A program made the translations under genes and the position numbers. From contig JAKPMO010000008.1 of the NCBI GenBank assembly GCA_029548865.1, positions 1-26,530 of the forward strand: a stretch of 26,530 nt of DNA. Reading direction: 5' to 3'. This DNA is from Caldisericota bacterium (GTDB lineage: Bacteria; Caldisericota; Caldisericia; JAAYUI01). Below, one piece after another: positions 1 through 9,000 of this stretch. Below the pieces are notes generated by a model. It was not told the origin of the DNA. It saw only the letters and a program-made list of their open reading frames with translations, and made no database searches. Within the stretch, counting starts at the first letter, position 1, and every line of letters begins with the position of its first letter.

Positions 1-141
1 GAAATGGCCATGCCAGGTGACAACGTGAAGATGGAAGCCGAACTCATCGTCCCGGTAGCCATGGAACTCGGACTCCGCTTCGCCATCCGTGAAGGTGGCC
101 GTACCATCGGAGCCGGTGTAGTCACCGAAATATTGGAGTAA
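1..141 (+). CDS. tuf: Elongation factor Tu, C-terminal fragment (5'-truncated by window)
   Basis: Frame 1 reads [46 protein letters not shown], the characteristic EF-Tu C-terminus; TAA at 139-141; directly upstream of rpsJ. Confidence 0.97.
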   Translation, partial: EMAMPGDNVKMEAELIVPVAMELGLRFAIREGGRTIGAGVVTEILE

Positions 142-152
142 CTGGAGCGAAA

Positions 153-461
153 ATGTCGACATCCAAAATGAGAATTAAACTAAGGGCTTTTGACCACGTC
201 ATTCTTGACCAGTCAACAGCCAAGATCGTGGAGACGGCCAGAAGGGCTGGCGCCAGAATCGCCGGTCCGGTTCCGCTCCCAACTTCCAGGCAGGTTTTTA
301 CTGTTCTTCGTTCACCTAACATTGACAAGGACAGCCGCGAGCAGTTCGAGATGAGGGTCCACAAGAGAATGCTGGACATCTTCGAGCCATCCCAGGAAAT
401 AACAAAGGCTCTCATGAACATCGATTTGCCTGCCGGAGTGGACATCGAGATAAAACTCTAA
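153..461 (+). CDS. rpsJ: 30S ribosomal protein S10 (uS10)
   Basis: [47 protein letters not shown]; first gene of S10 cluster. Confidence 0.98.
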   Translation: MSTSKMRIKLRAFDHVILDQSTAKIVETARRAGARIAGPVPLPTSRQVFTVLRSPNIDKDSREQFEMRVHKRMLDIFEPSQEITKALMNIDLPAGVDIEIKL

Positions 462-473
462 GGAAGGTGCTAC

Positions 474-1085
474 ATGGCCAAGGGATTGGTTGGCAAAAAA
501 ATAGGTTGCACACAGCTTTGGGAAGAAGACAGCTGTTCAATGGTGACAGTGATCCAGGTCGAGCCCAATGTTGTGCTAGAGCAGAAAACAACTGCAACTC
601 ATGGCTACAATGCCGTGAAAATTGGCTTCGGTGACACAAAGCCCAGCAAGGTTCCACGTCCAGTTTCTGGCGTATTCTCCAAGCTTGGTCTTCCGCTTCA
701 CCGCTACATGATGGAATTTCGTGAAGTCTCTGCTGATGTTGGCTCCAAACTTGGAGTTGACCAGTTCCAGCCAGGCGACAAGGTCAATGTCATTGGCCGT
801 TCGCGTGGAATGGGCTTCCAGGGTGTCATGAAGCGCCATGGATTTGCCGGTGGAGATGATTCCCACGGTGCAATGGAGTTCCATAGACGTCCAGGTTCCA
901 TTGGTTGCCGTCTCACACCAGGGCATACCATAAAGGGTATGAAGATGGCTGGCCATATGGGTAGTGAGCGTGTCACAGTCAAGGGCCTCAAAGTTGTAAA
1001 AATTGATGCTGAACGTGGCCTTCTGCTTCTCAAGGGTGCAATACCAGGCGCCAAGGGTGGCAGAGTTGTGGTCATGGGGAAGTAG
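474..1085 (+). CDS. rplC: 50S ribosomal protein L3 (uL3)
   Basis: GKKIG, GFQGVMKRHGF, HRRPGSIG, KGMKMAGHMG, KGAIPG; synteny. Confidence 0.98.
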   Translation: MAKGLVGKKIGCTQLWEEDSCSMVTVIQVEPNVVLEQKTTATHGYNAVKIGFGDTKPSKVPRPVSGVFSKLGLPLHRYMMEFREVSADVGSKLGVDQFQPGDKVNVIGRSRGMGFQGVMKRHGFAGGDDSHGAMEFHRRPGSIGCRLTPGHTIKGMKMAGHMGSERVTVKGLKVVKIDAERGLLLLKGAIPGAKGGRVVVMGK

Positions 1086-1092
1086 GTCAAAC

Positions 1093-1713
1093 ATGAATAT
1101 CCCAGTCTACAACACGAATGGTGACAAAGTAAAAGACTATAATGCGCCAGACCACATCTTTAATGTGGAACGCCATGAAGTTGCTGAATACTACAGCATC
1201 CTTCAGAGACTTGCAGGTCTTCGCAGAGGCACAGCCTCAACAAAGATAAAATCTGAAGTCAGGGGCGGAGGAAAGAAGCCCTTCAGACAAAAAGGCACAG
1301 GAAGAGCACGTCAGGGACAGAGCACATCACCGATCAATCCAGGTGGTGGAATAGTGTTCGGACCAAAGCCGCGTTCTTACAGCTTCCCTCTGAACCGCAA
1401 GTTTAGAAGACTAGCCCTTTTCTCGGCGCTTTCATCAAAAGTCGGATCGGGCGACATGAGAGTCATTGAAGGCCTCAAGATTGAAGAGCCAAAAACAAAG
1501 AAGGCGCTTGATCTTATCTCCAAGAATATGGTTCACAAGACCCTTGTGATCTACGATCCTTCAGAAAATGGCGAGTTTGGGCTTGCACTTGCAAACACAA
1601 TAGATGCTATTGCAATCCCTTACAATTTCCTTAACGTCTACGACATTTTAAACAGCCAGCGTGTTCTTGTTACAGCCGAGGCCGCTGACGGAATAAAGGA
1701 GGTCTGGTCATGA
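1093..1713 (+). CDS. rplD: 50S ribosomal protein L4 (uL4)
   Basis: EVRGGGKKPFRQKGTGRARQG, GGGIVFGPKPRSY; start moved to ATG 1093 (MNIPVYN), just after the rplC stop. Confidence 0.97.
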   Translation: MNIPVYNTNGDKVKDYNAPDHIFNVERHEVAEYYSILQRLAGLRRGTASTKIKSEVRGGGKKPFRQKGTGRARQGQSTSPINPGGGIVFGPKPRSYSFPLNRKFRRLALFSALSSKVGSGDMRVIEGLKIEEPKTKKALDLISKNMVHKTLVIYDPSENGEFGLALANTIDAIAIPYNFLNVYDILNSQRVLVTAEAADGIKEVWS

Positions 1714-2003
1714 GCGAAAAGAGAAAAATCTGCCTTATCAGACCGATAATATCTGAAAAGAACACAGACCTTGAAGCAATGCACAAGTATGTTTTTCAGG
1801 TAATAGAAGGTGCAAACTCTCGCTGGGTCAAGGAAGATGTGGAGCAAGTGTTCAAGGTGAAAGTTGATGATGTAAACCTGCTACACATTCCGGGCAAGAG
1901 GAAACGTGTCAGGATGTTCTTCAGGAAAGTTGGTGGCATGAAGAAGGCCATTGTTACCCTGAAGAAGGGCCAAAAGATCGACATCCTCGAGCAGCAAAGG
2001 TAG
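1710..2003 (+). CDS. rplW: 50S ribosomal protein L23 (uL23)
   Basis: RPIISEK, VEQVFKVKV, KKAIVTLKKGQKI; ATGA overlap with rplD. Confidence 0.96.
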   Translation: MSEKRKICLIRPIISEKNTDLEAMHKYVFQVIEGANSRWVKEDVEQVFKVKVDDVNLLHIPGKRKRVRMFFRKVGGMKKAIVTLKKGQKIDILEQQR

Positions 2004-2010
2004 GTAAACG

Positions 2011-2835
2011 ATGCCAGTTAAAAAGTTTTCGCCAACTTCAGCAGGCATTCGCCACAAAGTGGCGGTTGTCTATGACGAAATAACAACAAACAAGCCAGAG
2101 AAGTCCCTGACAAAGGGTTTCTCGAAATCGGCCGGCAGGTCGAATGGCAAGATCGCCATCCGTCATCATGGTGGTGGCCACAAGCAAAGATATCGTATCA
2201 TTGACTTCAAGAGAGACAAAGCTCTTCCTGGCAAGATAAGTTCTGTAGAGTATGATCCAAATCGCTCCGCTTTCATAGCACTCGTTATCTATGGAGACGG
2301 TGAGAAACGTTACATTCTTGCCCCGGACGGCATCAAAGTTGGTGACATGATCATCTCTTCTGACAATGCCGACATAAAGCCTGGCAATACATTGCCGCTT
2401 TCAAAGATGCCTCTTGGAACAAGCATCCACAATATCGAGCTGATCCCGGGAAGGGGCGGAGTTCTTGTTCGCTCAGCGGGCACCTCGGCCCAGTTGCTTG
2501 CAAAAGAAACGGATTTCTGTCATGTCAGGCTGCCCTCCAACGAAGTAAGACTTATTGCTTCAAACTGCAGGGCAACCATCGGAACAGTATCAAACGTTGA
2601 CCACGAGAAGGAAAAACTCGGAAAGGCCGGCGTTAGAAGGTGGAGGGGATGGCGCCCAACAGTCAGAGGCTACGTCATGAACCCAATTGACCACCCGCAC
2701 GGTGGAGGATCGGGCAAATGCCCAACGGGACACCCAGGACCGCTTACCCCATGGGGCAAACCAACCAGAGGTTACAAAACCCGCAACCCGAAGAGATCTT
2801 CTTCAAAGTATATTGTGCGCAGAAGGAAAGCATAG
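2011..2835 (+). CDS. rplB: 50S ribosomal protein L2 (uL2)
   Basis: [45 protein letters not shown]. Confidence 0.98.
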   Translation: MPVKKFSPTSAGIRHKVAVVYDEITTNKPEKSLTKGFSKSAGRSNGKIAIRHHGGGHKQRYRIIDFKRDKALPGKISSVEYDPNRSAFIALVIYGDGEKRYILAPDGIKVGDMIISSDNADIKPGNTLPLSKMPLGTSIHNIELIPGRGGVLVRSAGTSAQLLAKETDFCHVRLPSNEVRLIASNCRATIGTVSNVDHEKEKLGKAGVRRWRGWRPTVRGYVMNPIDHPHGGGSGKCPTGHPGPLTPWGKPTRGYKTRNPKRSSSKYIVRRRKA

Positions 2836-2846
2836 GAGTAGAGCAC

Positions 2847-3131
2847 ATGAGCAGATCATCCAGCAAAGGACCATTTGTTGACGAGAAACTCCTCAAGAAG
2901 GTACAGGAAATGAATGCATCCGGCCAGAAGAGAATCATCAAGGTATGGTGCAGGCGTTCCGTTATCACTGAGGACATGATTGGCTTCACCATTGCTGTAC
3001 ACAACGGAAAAAACCACATCCCGGTGTACGTGACCAAGCCAATGGTTGGCCATAAACTTGGCGAATACGCTCCAACCCGAGTATTCCACGGCCACAGGCG
3101 CCCGACCGAGCGCTCCAGCGCCTTAACATAA
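2847..3131 (+). CDS. rpsS: 30S ribosomal protein S19 (uS19)
   Basis: [39 protein letters not shown]; start ATG 2847 after AGGAG. Confidence 0.97.
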   Translation: MSRSSSKGPFVDEKLLKKVQEMNASGQKRIIKVWCRRSVITEDMIGFTIAVHNGKNHIPVYVTKPMVGHKLGEYAPTRVFHGHRRPTERSSALT

Positions 3132-3141
3132 GAGGTGTGAA

Positions 3142-3483
3142 ATGAAGGTCCACGCAATACATAAACACGCGCAGGTATCGCCCCAGAAGGCCAGAAAGGT
3201 CATCTGCCTCATTAGGGGCAAGGACGTCCAGGAAGCCGAGTACATCCTCAGGTCACTCCCGCACAAGTCTGCCAGATTGATACTGAAGGTCCTCCTTTCC
3301 GCAAAGGCAAATGCCATCCATAATTTTGAACTCAATGGCGACAGCCTCAAGGTGTCCGAAGCGATCATCAACATGGGAACTCCATGGAGAAGGATCATGC
3401 CCAAAGGCATGGGCAGGGCTGACATCATTAAGAAACGCACCAGCCATATCTTGGTTGCTGTATCACCCAAGGAGGACAAATAA
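3142..3483 (+). CDS. rplV: 50S ribosomal protein L22 (uL22)
   Basis: SPQKARKV, IRGK, SAKANA, GRADIIKKRTSHI. Confidence 0.97.
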   Translation: MKVHAIHKHAQVSPQKARKVICLIRGKDVQEAEYILRSLPHKSARLILKVLLSAKANAIHNFELNGDSLKVSEAIINMGTPWRRIMPKGMGRADIIKKRTSHILVAVSPKEDK

Positions 3484-4139
3484 TGGGCCAAAAATGTCAT
3501 CCATATGGTTTTAGGCTTGGAGTCATCCAACCCTGGAGATCAAACTGGTTTGCAGACAAGGAAGATTTCAAGAAATACCTCTCCGAAGACTTGGCCATTC
3601 GTGAGTCAATCGAAAAACTCGGTCTTGAAGCCGGTGTTGCCGATGTGATCATCGAACGCAGATCAAATGAAGTCAGGGTGATTATTCGTACAGCGAAGCC
3701 AGGAGTTGTAATTGGAAGAAAGGGTGCCTCAGCTGACAAGCTTAAAAAGCAGCTCCAGGGACTCATCACCGCCAAGAACCTCAAACTCGACATCGTCGAA
3801 ATGCGCTCACCAGACCTTTCCAGCAAACTCGTTGCTGAGTGGATCGCAGACCAAATCAACCGCAGGATCCCGTACAAGAGAGCAATGAAACAGGCAATGG
3901 CAAGATCAATGAAGTCTGGAGCAAAAGGCATAAAGATCATGGCATCGGGCAGACTTGCAGGTGCTGAAATCGCCCGCGAGGAATGGTTCAGGGAAGGAAG
4001 GGTCCCCCTCCACACCCTGAAAGCCGATATTGATTTCAACATTACTCACGTTGTGACCAAGTTCGGTTGCATCGGCTTGAAAGTTTGGATCTACAAAGGC
4101 GACAAGCCAACCAGTGGTCCATACTCCGTCAAGCGCTAG
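3483..4139 (+). CDS. rpsC: 30S ribosomal protein S3 (uS3)
   Basis: MGQKCHPYGFRLG, PGVVIGRKG, SGRLAGAEIAR, GRVPLHTLKADID. Confidence 0.98.
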   Translation: MGQKCHPYGFRLGVIQPWRSNWFADKEDFKKYLSEDLAIRESIEKLGLEAGVADVIIERRSNEVRVIIRTAKPGVVIGRKGASADKLKKQLQGLITAKNLKLDIVEMRSPDLSSKLVAEWIADQINRRIPYKRAMKQAMARSMKSGAKGIKIMASGRLAGAEIAREEWFREGRVPLHTLKADIDFNITHVVTKFGCIGLKVWIYKGDKPTSGPYSVKR

Positions 4140-4147
4140 GAGGAGAA

Positions 4148-4576
4148 ATGCTACAACCGGAACGCACAAAATATAGAAAACAGCAGCGCGGAACGATGCA
4201 TGGCCTCTCGAAGGGCGGAAATTATCTGAACTTCGGTGACTTTGGCATCCAGGCGCTGGACCGTGATTGGATAACAGCCCGCCAGATTGAAGCTGTCAGG
4301 CTTGCAGTCACATCGCGTATCCCAAAGGACGCAAAGATGTGGATGAGGATTTTCCCGGACAAACCGATTTCCAAAAAGCCACTTGAAACCCGTATGGGAA
4401 AGGGAAAGGGAGACACTGAACAGTGGGTCGCCGTTGTCCGCCCCGGAAGAATTATTGTTGAATTTTCCGGATGTGATGAGAAGACAGCAAAGTATATTGC
4501 CCACATTGTGTCTGCAAAGCTCCCGATCAAATCCAGATTTGTGTCACGTAAGCTGGAGTCGGAGGCGGCACTATGA
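4148..4576 (+). CDS. rplP: 50S ribosomal protein L16 (uL16)
   Basis: MLQPERTKYRKQQRG, ITARQIEA, RIFPDKP, TRMGKGKG, KLPIK; start ATG 4148 after GGAGG. Confidence 0.98.
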   Translation: MLQPERTKYRKQQRGTMHGLSKGGNYLNFGDFGIQALDRDWITARQIEAVRLAVTSRIPKDAKMWMRIFPDKPISKKPLETRMGKGKGDTEQWVAVVRPGRIIVEFSGCDEKTAKYIAHIVSAKLPIKSRFVSRKLESEAAL

Positions 4577-4764
4577 AGCTCTATAAGATAAAAGAGATGT
4601 CAACCGTCGAAATGGAGAAGAAGGTTGAGGAACTTGAAAAAGAACTCGCTCTTCTGGTTTTTCGCCATAAGAACAGGCAATTGGACAAGGTCATGAAGCT
4701 CAGAGAAGTCAAGCGCGACATCGCCAGGCTGAAGACCTTTATCCATCAGGCCAAGGAGGAGTAA
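4573..4764 (+). CDS. rpmC: 50S ribosomal protein L29 (uL29)
   Basis: 63-aa helical protein with REVKRDIARLKT, between rplP and rpsQ. Confidence 0.94.
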   Translation: MKLYKIKEMSTVEMEKKVEELEKELALLVFRHKNRQLDKVMKLREVKRDIARLKTFIHQAKEE

Positions 4765-4768
4765 TAAC

Positions 4769-5038
4769 ATGGCCGACAAACTTATTACAAGAACAGGCGT
4801 TGTTGTATCAGACTCGATGAATAAAACCATCGGCGTTGTTGTAGAGCGCATGGTCACACACGCCCTTTACAAAAAGAGAGTAAAAAAATCCAGGAAATAT
4901 CTGGTCCATGATGAGCACGAGCAGGCAAAAATTGGTGATGTGGTTGAGTTTATTGATTGCCAGCCAATCTCAAAAAAGGTCCACTGGCGCTTACTTAGTG
5001 TTGTTGAGCAAGGAAAACAGTCGGAGGTGCAGAAATGA
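4769..5038 (+). CDS. rpsQ: 30S ribosomal protein S17 (uS17)
   Basis: [29 protein letters not shown]. Confidence 0.97.
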   Translation: MADKLITRTGVVVSDSMNKTIGVVVERMVTHALYKKRVKKSRKYLVHDEHEQAKIGDVVEFIDCQPISKKVHWRLLSVVEQGKQSEVQK

Positions 5039-5406
5039 TAGGCATCTACTCAAGACTGAATGTTGCTGATAACAGCGGTGCAAAGGTTGTTTCCGTAATC
5101 CGTGTCATTGGCACTGGCAACAAAATCTTCGGATTTGTTGGCGACAGAATCAAAGTCACGGTCAAACAAGCTCAGCCAAACTCTGCCATCCCAAAAGGAT
5201 CGGTCCAAACCGCAGTTATCGTTCGCACCTCACATGCAGTTGTCCGCAAAGATGGCTCTAGGGTGCGTTTTGATGACAATGCTGCGGTAATAATTGATCC
5301 AGGTGATGGAAATCCAAAAGGTACCCGTATCTTCGGACCCGTCTGTAGGGAACTGCGTGAGAGGGGTTACATGAAGATCATTTCTCTCGCTCCGGAGGTG
5401 GTGTGA
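5035..5406 (+). CDS. rplN: 50S ribosomal protein L14 (uL14)
   Basis: [37 protein letters not shown]. Confidence 0.98.
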   Translation: MIGIYSRLNVADNSGAKVVSVIRVIGTGNKIFGFVGDRIKVTVKQAQPNSAIPKGSVQTAVIVRTSHAVVRKDGSRVRFDDNAAVIIDPGDGNPKGTRIFGPVCRELRERGYMKIISLAPEVV

Positions 5407-5747
5407 TGAAAACCCCAGAGAGATTTACAATGAGAGTTAAAGAATCGGATATGGTAGAAGTCATCTCTGGCAAGTCCAAAGGGCATAGGGGAAGAATCAA
5501 GAAGGTTCTCCCGTTCACAAATCGCGTCATCGTTGAAGGCGCGAACATGATAAAGAAAATCACCAAGCCGACACAGAGAAATCCAAAGCGTGACATTATA
5601 TCGTTGGAAGCCCCACTACATCGCTCAAACGTGATGCTAGTGTGCCCCAACTGCAAAAAAACCACCAGGATAGCAGCCAAGATTATGCCAAACGGAAAGA
5701 AAATCCGTGCGTGCAATAAATGCGGCGAGCTCCTGGACAAGGCATGA
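5406..5747 (+). CDS. rplX: 50S ribosomal protein L24 (uL24)
   Basis: KOW-like DMVEVISGKSKG, VIVEGAN, EAPLHRSNVM, CPNC...CNKC; start is ATG 5406 or GTG 5403. Confidence 0.96.
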   Translation: MKTPERFTMRVKESDMVEVISGKSKGHRGRIKKVLPFTNRVIVEGANMIKKITKPTQRNPKRDIISLEAPLHRSNVMLVCPNCKKTTRIAAKIMPNGKKIRACNKCGELLDKA

Positions 5748-5756
5748 GGTTAGAAA

Positions 5757-6410
5757 ATGGCTGAAAAGAAACCACAAGCACAATCAAAAAAGGGAGATTC
5801 TAAGAGCGGTCCATCCCTAATTGGTAAGAGTGGTGTATCCGACAAAGTACAAACGAAAGATCTGAAGATACAACCTTACCAGACCAAGTACAAAAGCGAG
5901 ATCATAGACCAGCTGAGAAAGCAGTTTAATTATGAGAACATCATGCAGGTCCCAAAGATTGTAAAGATCTCGATCAATCGCGGTGTTGGCGAAGCAACGG
6001 CAAATCCGAAGGCTCTCGATTCAACAGTCGAGGAGATCTATCTCATCTCCCAACAACGCCCCACAATCAAGAAAGCCAAAAAGTCAATCGCAAACTTCAA
6101 ACTCAGAGCTGGAGTTCCGGTCGGCTGTATGGTAACACTCAGGGGAAGCAGGATGTGGGCTTTTGTTGGAAAGCTCATAGACCAGGCCCTCCCAAGAATC
6201 AGGGACTTCAAGGGTCTCTCGCCACACAGCTTTGATGGCAGGGGCAATTATACCTTCGGTATCAAAGAACAGCTCATATTCCCCGAGATAGACTATGACA
6301 GAGTTGATAAAACAAGGGGATTTAATGTCTCGATTGTCACTTCCGCCCACACCGATGAGGAAGCAAGGGCGCTTCTAAAGGCAATCGGGTTCCCGTTCAG
6401 GGAGAACTAG
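5757..6410 (+). CDS. rplE: 50S ribosomal protein L5 (uL5) with N-terminal extension
   Basis: [47 protein letters not shown]. Confidence 0.98.
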   Translation: MAEKKPQAQSKKGDSKSGPSLIGKSGVSDKVQTKDLKIQPYQTKYKSEIIDQLRKQFNYENIMQVPKIVKISINRGVGEATANPKALDSTVEEIYLISQQRPTIKKAKKSIANFKLRAGVPVGCMVTLRGSRMWAFVGKLIDQALPRIRDFKGLSPHSFDGRGNYTFGIKEQLIFPEIDYDRVDKTRGFNVSIVTSAHTDEEARALLKAIGFPFREN

Positions 6411-6420
6411 GAGAAGGCTT

Positions 6421-6606
6421 ATGGCAAGACTGGCGCTTATTAACAAATCAAACAAGAAGCCGAAATTCTCGACCCGCAAAAGGAACCGTTGCATGATATG
6501 CGGAAGGCCGAGGGCCTATTACGGGCAGTTTGGTCTTTGCAGGCATTGCCTCCGCAAACTTGCCAACGAGGGCAAAATTCCGGGCCTTGTAAAGGCTTCT
6601 TGGTAG
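6421..6606 (+). CDS. rpsZ: 30S ribosomal protein S14, short Zn-binding type (uS14)
   Basis: 61 aa, RCMICGRPR...LCRHCLR...IPGLVKASW. Confidence 0.97.
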   Translation: MARLALINKSNKKPKFSTRKRNRCMICGRPRAYYGQFGLCRHCLRKLANEGKIPGLVKASW

Positions 6607-6615
6607 GGGTGTGGC

Positions 6616-7014
6616 ATGTATACAATAGACCCAATCGCTGATATGCTCACAAGAATCCGCAATGCAAACCTGGCAAGAGCGCAGGTAACTTCGGTCCCGC
6701 ATTCTAGCATCAAGGCCGAGATTGCAAGGATACTTTATGAGACAGGCTTCATCTCCGAGTTCAAAACCCAGGAGATCGAGGGCAAAAAGTTTATAAGAGT
6801 ATATTTGAAATATACTGGCAAGAGAGATCGCATCATTACTGGTATCACCAGGATAAGCCACTGTGGCCGCAGGGTATACGTCAAGCATGACGCCATACCA
6901 AAGATCCTCAGGGGCATGGGTGTGATCATCATGAGTACCCCGAAGGGCGTAATGACCGGCCACCAGGCCGAAAAAACCCATCAGGGTGGCGAAGTGCTTG
7001 CCGCCATCTGGTAG
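6616..7014 (+). CDS. rpsH: 30S ribosomal protein S8 (uS8)
   Basis: DPIADMLTRIRNA, STPKGVMT, GGEVL. Confidence 0.98.
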   Translation: MYTIDPIADMLTRIRNANLARAQVTSVPHSSIKAEIARILYETGFISEFKTQEIEGKKFIRVYLKYTGKRDRIITGITRISHCGRRVYVKHDAIPKILRGMGVIIMSTPKGVMTGHQAEKTHQGGEVLAAIW

Positions 7015-7024
7015 GAGTGCAACC

Positions 7025-7582
7025 ATGTCAAGGATAGGAAACAAACCAATTGAACTGCCAAAGGGCGTAACAGTCGATATTCAGGACACAGTCTTGGGGC
7101 AGAAGGTCACAGTCAAGGGGCCAAAAGGCACTCTTGAGAGAACATTCAGGCCAGAGATCAAGATCATGCTTGAAGGAAACATCCTTACAACAACCCGCTC
7201 CTCAAACCTGAAATTTGTCCATCAGCTTCATGGAACAACTAGGGCCCATCTCAACAATATGGTCATTGGTGTAACCGAAGGGTTTAAAAAGGTCCTTCTC
7301 ATCTCAGGTGTTGGCTTCAAGGCAAAAGCTGAGGGCAATAAGGTCACTTTCAACCTTGGTTTTTCCCACGACATAAAGCTTGATGTTCCTGGAGGACTCA
7401 AGGTTGCCACACCAAAGGAAAACAGGATCGAGGTAGAAGGGTTTGACAAGGAACTTCTTGGTGCATTTGCCCAGAAGATCCGCATGCTCCGTGATCCGGA
7501 CCCCTATAAAGCAAAGGGTGTCACCTATGAAGGTGAAGTCATTAGAAGAAAAGCCGGCAAGGCAATGACTAAGGGAGCCTAA
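7025..7582 (+). CDS. rplF: 50S ribosomal protein L6 (uL6)
   Basis: MSRIGNKPI, VKGPKGTL, NMVIGVTEGF, LGFSH, PDPYKAKGV; start ATG 7025 after AGGAG. Confidence 0.98.
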   Translation: MSRIGNKPIELPKGVTVDIQDTVLGQKVTVKGPKGTLERTFRPEIKIMLEGNILTTTRSSNLKFVHQLHGTTRAHLNNMVIGVTEGFKKVLLISGVGFKAKAEGNKVTFNLGFSHDIKLDVPGGLKVATPKENRIEVEGFDKELLGAFAQKIRMLRDPDPYKAKGVTYEGEVIRRKAGKAMTKGA

Positions 7583-7585
7583 CAC

Positions 7586-7939
7586 ATGTACGAACCGATA
7601 AATAAAAATGCCGAAAGATTGAGAAGAAAAGCAACCATCCGTAAAAAAGTTCATGGCACTTCAAATCGCCCGAGACTTGCGGTATTCAAGAGCCTCAAGC
7701 ACATTGCAGTCCAGATCATTAATGATGACGAGGGTAAAACCCTTGTTATGGTCTCAAGCAAAAATGAAGGACTCAAGGGCAAAAACATCCAGGTAGCCGA
7801 GAAGGTCGGTACAATCATTGGCCAGCGTGCACTTGAAGCCGGCATTAAACAGGTTGTTTTCGATCGATCAGGTTATATATATCATGGCAAAGTCAAAGCC
7901 CTTGCCGATTCGGCCAGAAAAACCGGGCTTGAGTTCTAG
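7586..7939 (+). CDS. rplR: 50S ribosomal protein L18 (uL18)
   Basis: RPRLAVFKS, QIINDD, VVFDRSGYIYHGKVKALAD, GLEF. Confidence 0.98.
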   Translation: MYEPINKNAERLRRKATIRKKVHGTSNRPRLAVFKSLKHIAVQIINDDEGKTLVMVSSKNEGLKGKNIQVAEKVGTIIGQRALEAGIKQVVFDRSGYIYHGKVKALADSARKTGLEF

Positions 7940-7947
7940 GAGGAGAC

Positions 7948-8484
7948 ATGGCAGAGCACGACAGATTTTTCAGAGATAGGGACAAAGAAGAAGAAAACAA
8001 GTTTGAAGAACAAATTGTCCAGATTGCCAGGGTCTCCAAGACCGTAAAAGGCGGTAAGAGGATGAGATTCAGGGTCCTCGTTGTCGTTGGCAATAAAGAA
8101 GAGAATTCTGTGGGAATTGGTATCGGGAAAGCAAAAGAAATCCCGAACGCCATCCGCAAGGCCGTCAACAGAGCCAAACGCGAGATGGTCAAGGTACCGC
8201 TTTCTGGATCGACAATTCCCCACGACATCAACATAAAAAATGGCTCGGCTAGAATTTATCTTGCTCCGGCAGTACAGGGAACTGGTCTAAAAGCCGGTGG
8301 TGCTGTTCGTATGGTACTTGAAAAAGCAGGTGTCAAAGACATCGTTTCAAAAGCCCATGGAACAACAAATGCAGTCAACCTGGCCAAGACAACCATTGAA
8401 GCCCTCAGAACACTCAGGGACCCGAAGAAATATGCTCAGGAGCGCGGAATAACCGTTGCCCAGCTATTTGGAAGGCAGGAATAA
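7948..8484 (+). CDS. rpsE: 30S ribosomal protein S5 (uS5)
   Basis: RVSKTVKGGKRMRF, VVVGN, GKAKEI, TIPH, GTGLKAGGAVR. Confidence 0.98.
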   Translation: MAEHDRFFRDRDKEEENKFEEQIVQIARVSKTVKGGKRMRFRVLVVVGNKEENSVGIGIGKAKEIPNAIRKAVNRAKREMVKVPLSGSTIPHDINIKNGSARIYLAPAVQGTGLKAGGAVRMVLEKAGVKDIVSKAHGTTNAVNLAKTTIEALRTLRDPKKYAQERGITVAQLFGRQE

Positions 8485-8487
8485 ACA

Positions 8488-8988
8488 ATGTCTTTGGACA
8501 AAATTAAACAACCCGAAGGCTCAAAAAAGGAAAAGTGGATAATCGGAAGGGGCATGGGCTCCGGTTCCGGAAGGCGCTGTGGCTACGGTCATAAAGGTGC
8601 CAAGAGCCGCTCAGGCAGAGGCAAGGGCTATGGGTCCGGCTTCGAGGGTGGACAGACAAAGCTTTTCCGCAGGCTCCCGAAGATCAGGGGATGGCGCAAC
8701 CAGGATGTAAACCCGATAAGAGTCGCCGAGGTCAAACTTGGACAGCTTAACGTTATTCCGGCGGGAACTGACGTGACCATTGATGTCCTCAGGACTTATG
8801 ATCTGGCAAAGAAGACTGACCAGGCCTATAAAATCCTTGGTACCGGAGAGATAACCGTCTCCCTTAACTTCAAGAAGGCAAAGGCCACAAAGTCGGCTGT
8901 TGATGCCATTAAAAATGCAGGCGGCACGATCGAGATTTTTGAAAAGAAGCCGCTCGAGAAAAAAGCAAAGAAGACTGCCTCAAAGTAA
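8488..8988 (+). CDS. rplO: 50S ribosomal protein L15 (uL15)
   Basis: GRGMGSG, GHKGAKSRSG, GFEGGQTKLFRRLPK, KILGTG; Lys-rich tail. Confidence 0.97.
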   Translation: MSLDKIKQPEGSKKEKWIIGRGMGSGSGRRCGYGHKGAKSRSGRGKGYGSGFEGGQTKLFRRLPKIRGWRNQDVNPIRVAEVKLGQLNVIPAGTDVTIDVLRTYDLAKKTDQAYKILGTGEITVSLNFKKAKATKSAVDAIKNAGGTIEIFEKKPLEKKAKKTASK

Positions 8989-9000
8989 GGAGCGCGCACA

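Noticed and set aside
1003..1092. Apparent N-terminal extensions of L4 (also S19 from 2718, L16 from 4067, L6 from 6986, L28 from 20472, L13 from 20523)
   Set aside because: These are artefacts of longest-ORF calling. Downstream ATGs match the canonical N-termini, most with a clear RBS.
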